A DNA stretch of 5,813 nt. It comes from a virus. Under the pieces are notes generated by a model. It saw only the letters and a program-made list of their open reading frames with translations, searched no databases and was not told the origin of the DNA. How positions within the stretch are numbered: the stretch's first letter is position 1; each line of letters starts with the position of its first letter. The stretch is from IMG/VR virus record IMGVR_UViG_3300038758_000078, positions 1 through 5,813 of that record. The stretch is one strand, 5' to 3'. Of this stretch, positions 4,885 through 5,813 are shown piece after piece. A program made the translations under genes and the position numbers.

Positions 4885-4911
4885 GGGAGACCCCCAGAAA
4901 GGGGGTCTCTC
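4885..4911 (-). terminator. Strong GC hairpin about 20 nt downstream of the H stop. It may be the post-H transcription terminator and/or an ssDNA structural element.
   Basis: gagaccccc (4887..4895) pairs perfectly with gggggtctc (4901..4909) across a 5-nt loop (agaaa). Outer bases can extend the stem. The trailing sequence on the minus strand is only moderately U-rich (AAGUUUAGUAG), as with the leaky phiX174 terminators. Confidence 0.5.
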
Positions 4912-4932
4912 CAGCTAGACACTCTAGACTCC

Positions 4933-5688
4933 TCAACGTCCTGGGGATGGAATCATGCCAGGAATCTTAGAGGTAGCCTTTTCGTAGGACTTAGATAAAC
5001 GATGCATAGAATCCGTGAACTCCAGCAACGCCTTGTAGATCGACAGAGCTCGATCTGAAGAAACATCCGCATGCTTTCGCAACAACGCTCCAATCTGCTC
5101 GGGCGTAACAGACCCGGACCGTTTCATAAAATTCGCGAAACCATTAACCAAATTGCGAGTCTGAGCATACGTCAAATCAGCTTCCGCTAACTCCTTCGCA
5201 AACTTCGCTGACTCTTCGGAACGCGGTAAATTCGTCTCCTGAATAGCCGCTTGCGCATTCTGAAAACGTGCACTTGCTTGATTCGATTGCACCTTCGAAG
5301 CCATCTCGCCTCGAGACGCTTCCGATGTCCTATCCGCTGAATACTTCTGAGCATCTGCACCTATACGAGCAATCTTCTCTGAATTACGAGCCTGCAACCG
5401 AGCAATACGATACTGATCTGAAACACCAGCACTCTGACCGCCGGCAGAGCCGGCAGCACCTCGTAAACGCTCATGTGCCGACGTGCCAGGGTACGCACGA
5501 TCCATATAGTCTTTCTGAGCCCTGCCGGCAAACTTACCTCCAACATAAGCATTAACTCCGGCACCAGGGATCTCGGCAAGAGCATCCTTGATACCTTCAC
5601 TAGTCCTTGTCATTAAATTCTGCGTGGGGGCAGCATCCGTGCCGCCCCCAAACGCACCACTTAACAGCTTACCAAATGCACCAAACAT
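4933..5688 (-). CDS. H: DNA pilot (minor spike) protein H (251 aa).
   Basis: The ATG at 5688 overlaps the G-like stop (TAATG). The Gly-rich N-terminus MFGAFGKLLSGAFGGG resembles phiX174 MFGAIAGGIASALAGG. KDYMDRAYPGTSAHERL resembles RDYLAAAFPELNAWERA. A central Gln/Ala-rich helical region matches the phiX174 H coiled-coil type. It is the last gene before the noncoding region, as in phiX174. Confidence 0.85.
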   Translation of the reverse strand: MFGAFGKLLSGAFGGGTDAAPTQNLMTRTSEGIKDALAEIPGAGVNAYVGGKFAGRAQKDYMDRAYPGTSAHERLRGAAGSAGGQSAGVSDQYRIARLQARNSEKIARIGADAQKYSADRTSEASRGEMASKVQSNQASARFQNAQAAIQETNLPRSEESAKFAKELAEADLTYAQTRNLVNGFANFMKRSGSVTPEQIGALLRKHADVSSDRALSIYKALLEFTDSMHRLSKSYEKATSKIPGMIPSPGR

Positions 5689-5813
5689 TAGCCTGTAGAA
5701 TTAGGGTTCAGGGACTGAACATCCTCATTCCAACGACGCAAATACATCGAGCCGTTGATACGAGAAATTTCCCAAGCCTGCGCTAGATCACGATTGGTCA
5801 CAATAAAACCAAC
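5688..5813 (-). CDS. G: 3' end of the same G-like spike ORF: the last 41 codons plus the TAA stop. Bases 5715..5813 duplicate 1..99.
   Basis: The frame is continuous with 1..648 across the circular junction (648 + 27 nt = 225 codons). The ORF ends ...NEDVQSLNPNSTG then TAA at 5690..5688, and that stop shares its last A with the H start codon (TAATG). Confidence 0.7.
   Translation of the reverse strand, partial: VGFIVTNRDLAQAWEISRINGSMYLRRWNEDVQSLNPNSTG
5715..5813. repeat. Right copy of the 99-bp terminal direct repeat (circularisation overlap).
   Basis: Identical to 1..99 and runs to the last base of the window. Confidence 0.9.

Noticed and set aside
277-5555. All plus-strand ORFs in the track: 277..570, 801..1121, 1428..1667, 1725..1907, 1939..2226, 2260..2472, 2477..2677, 2697..2930, 2815..3243, 2975..3223, 3314..3625, 3468..3713, 3589..3996, 4162..4425 and 5268..5555.
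   Set aside because: Each lies antisense to a minus-strand gene with clear phiX174 homology or strong context. Their products are low-complexity Pro/Arg/Ser/Thr/His/Asn-rich strings, as expected from reading an A/C-rich strand. None has a convincing RBS, and Microviridae encode all their genes on one strand.
1-5813. GATC avoidance. As I recall, phiX174 famously lacks Dam sites.
   Set aside because: GATC occurs repeatedly here, for example near 72, 494, 560, 1146, 1253 and 1417, so there is no avoidance signal. No host inference is drawn from it.
1-5813. A defence system, CRISPR array, tRNA/rRNA genes, integrase or attachment sites.
   Set aside because: I found no spaced-repeat architecture, cloverleaf-like segments, large enzymes or recombinase motifs. 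The circle is fully accounted for by microvirus genes plus one spacer.

Overview
This window is a complete, circularly permuted genome of a phiX174-type (Bullavirinae-like) microvirus. It is given as the reverse complement of the coding (packaged) strand. Bases 1..99 are identical to 5715..5813, so the unit circle is 5714 nt and the duplication is an assembly overlap. All credible genes lie on the minus strand. In coding-strand order they are: H (DNA pilot), a 281-nt noncoding region, orf82, orf101 (overlapping orf82), A (rolling-circle initiator with B embedded out of frame), a C-like ORF, D (external scaffold), J (a 45-aa basic protein missing from the ORF track), F (major capsid) and a G-like spike. 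The G-like ORF crosses the window junction and ends in a TAATG overlap with the H start. A, F, D, H, B and J can be aligned by eye to my recollection of the phiX174 proteins but are clearly divergent. I could run no searches, so all family calls rest on recalled motifs plus synteny. The unexplained material sits between H and A. It comprises two overlapping small ORFs with no phiX174 counterpart, one carrying a textbook lipoprotein signal peptide, and a single large T-rich (coding strand) noncoding region. That region holds stacked GC hairpins, short repeats and a promoter whose predicted transcription start coincides with the orf82 ATG. No E-like lysis gene is visible inside D. I see no tRNA, rRNA, CRISPR array, transposon or recognisable defence system.
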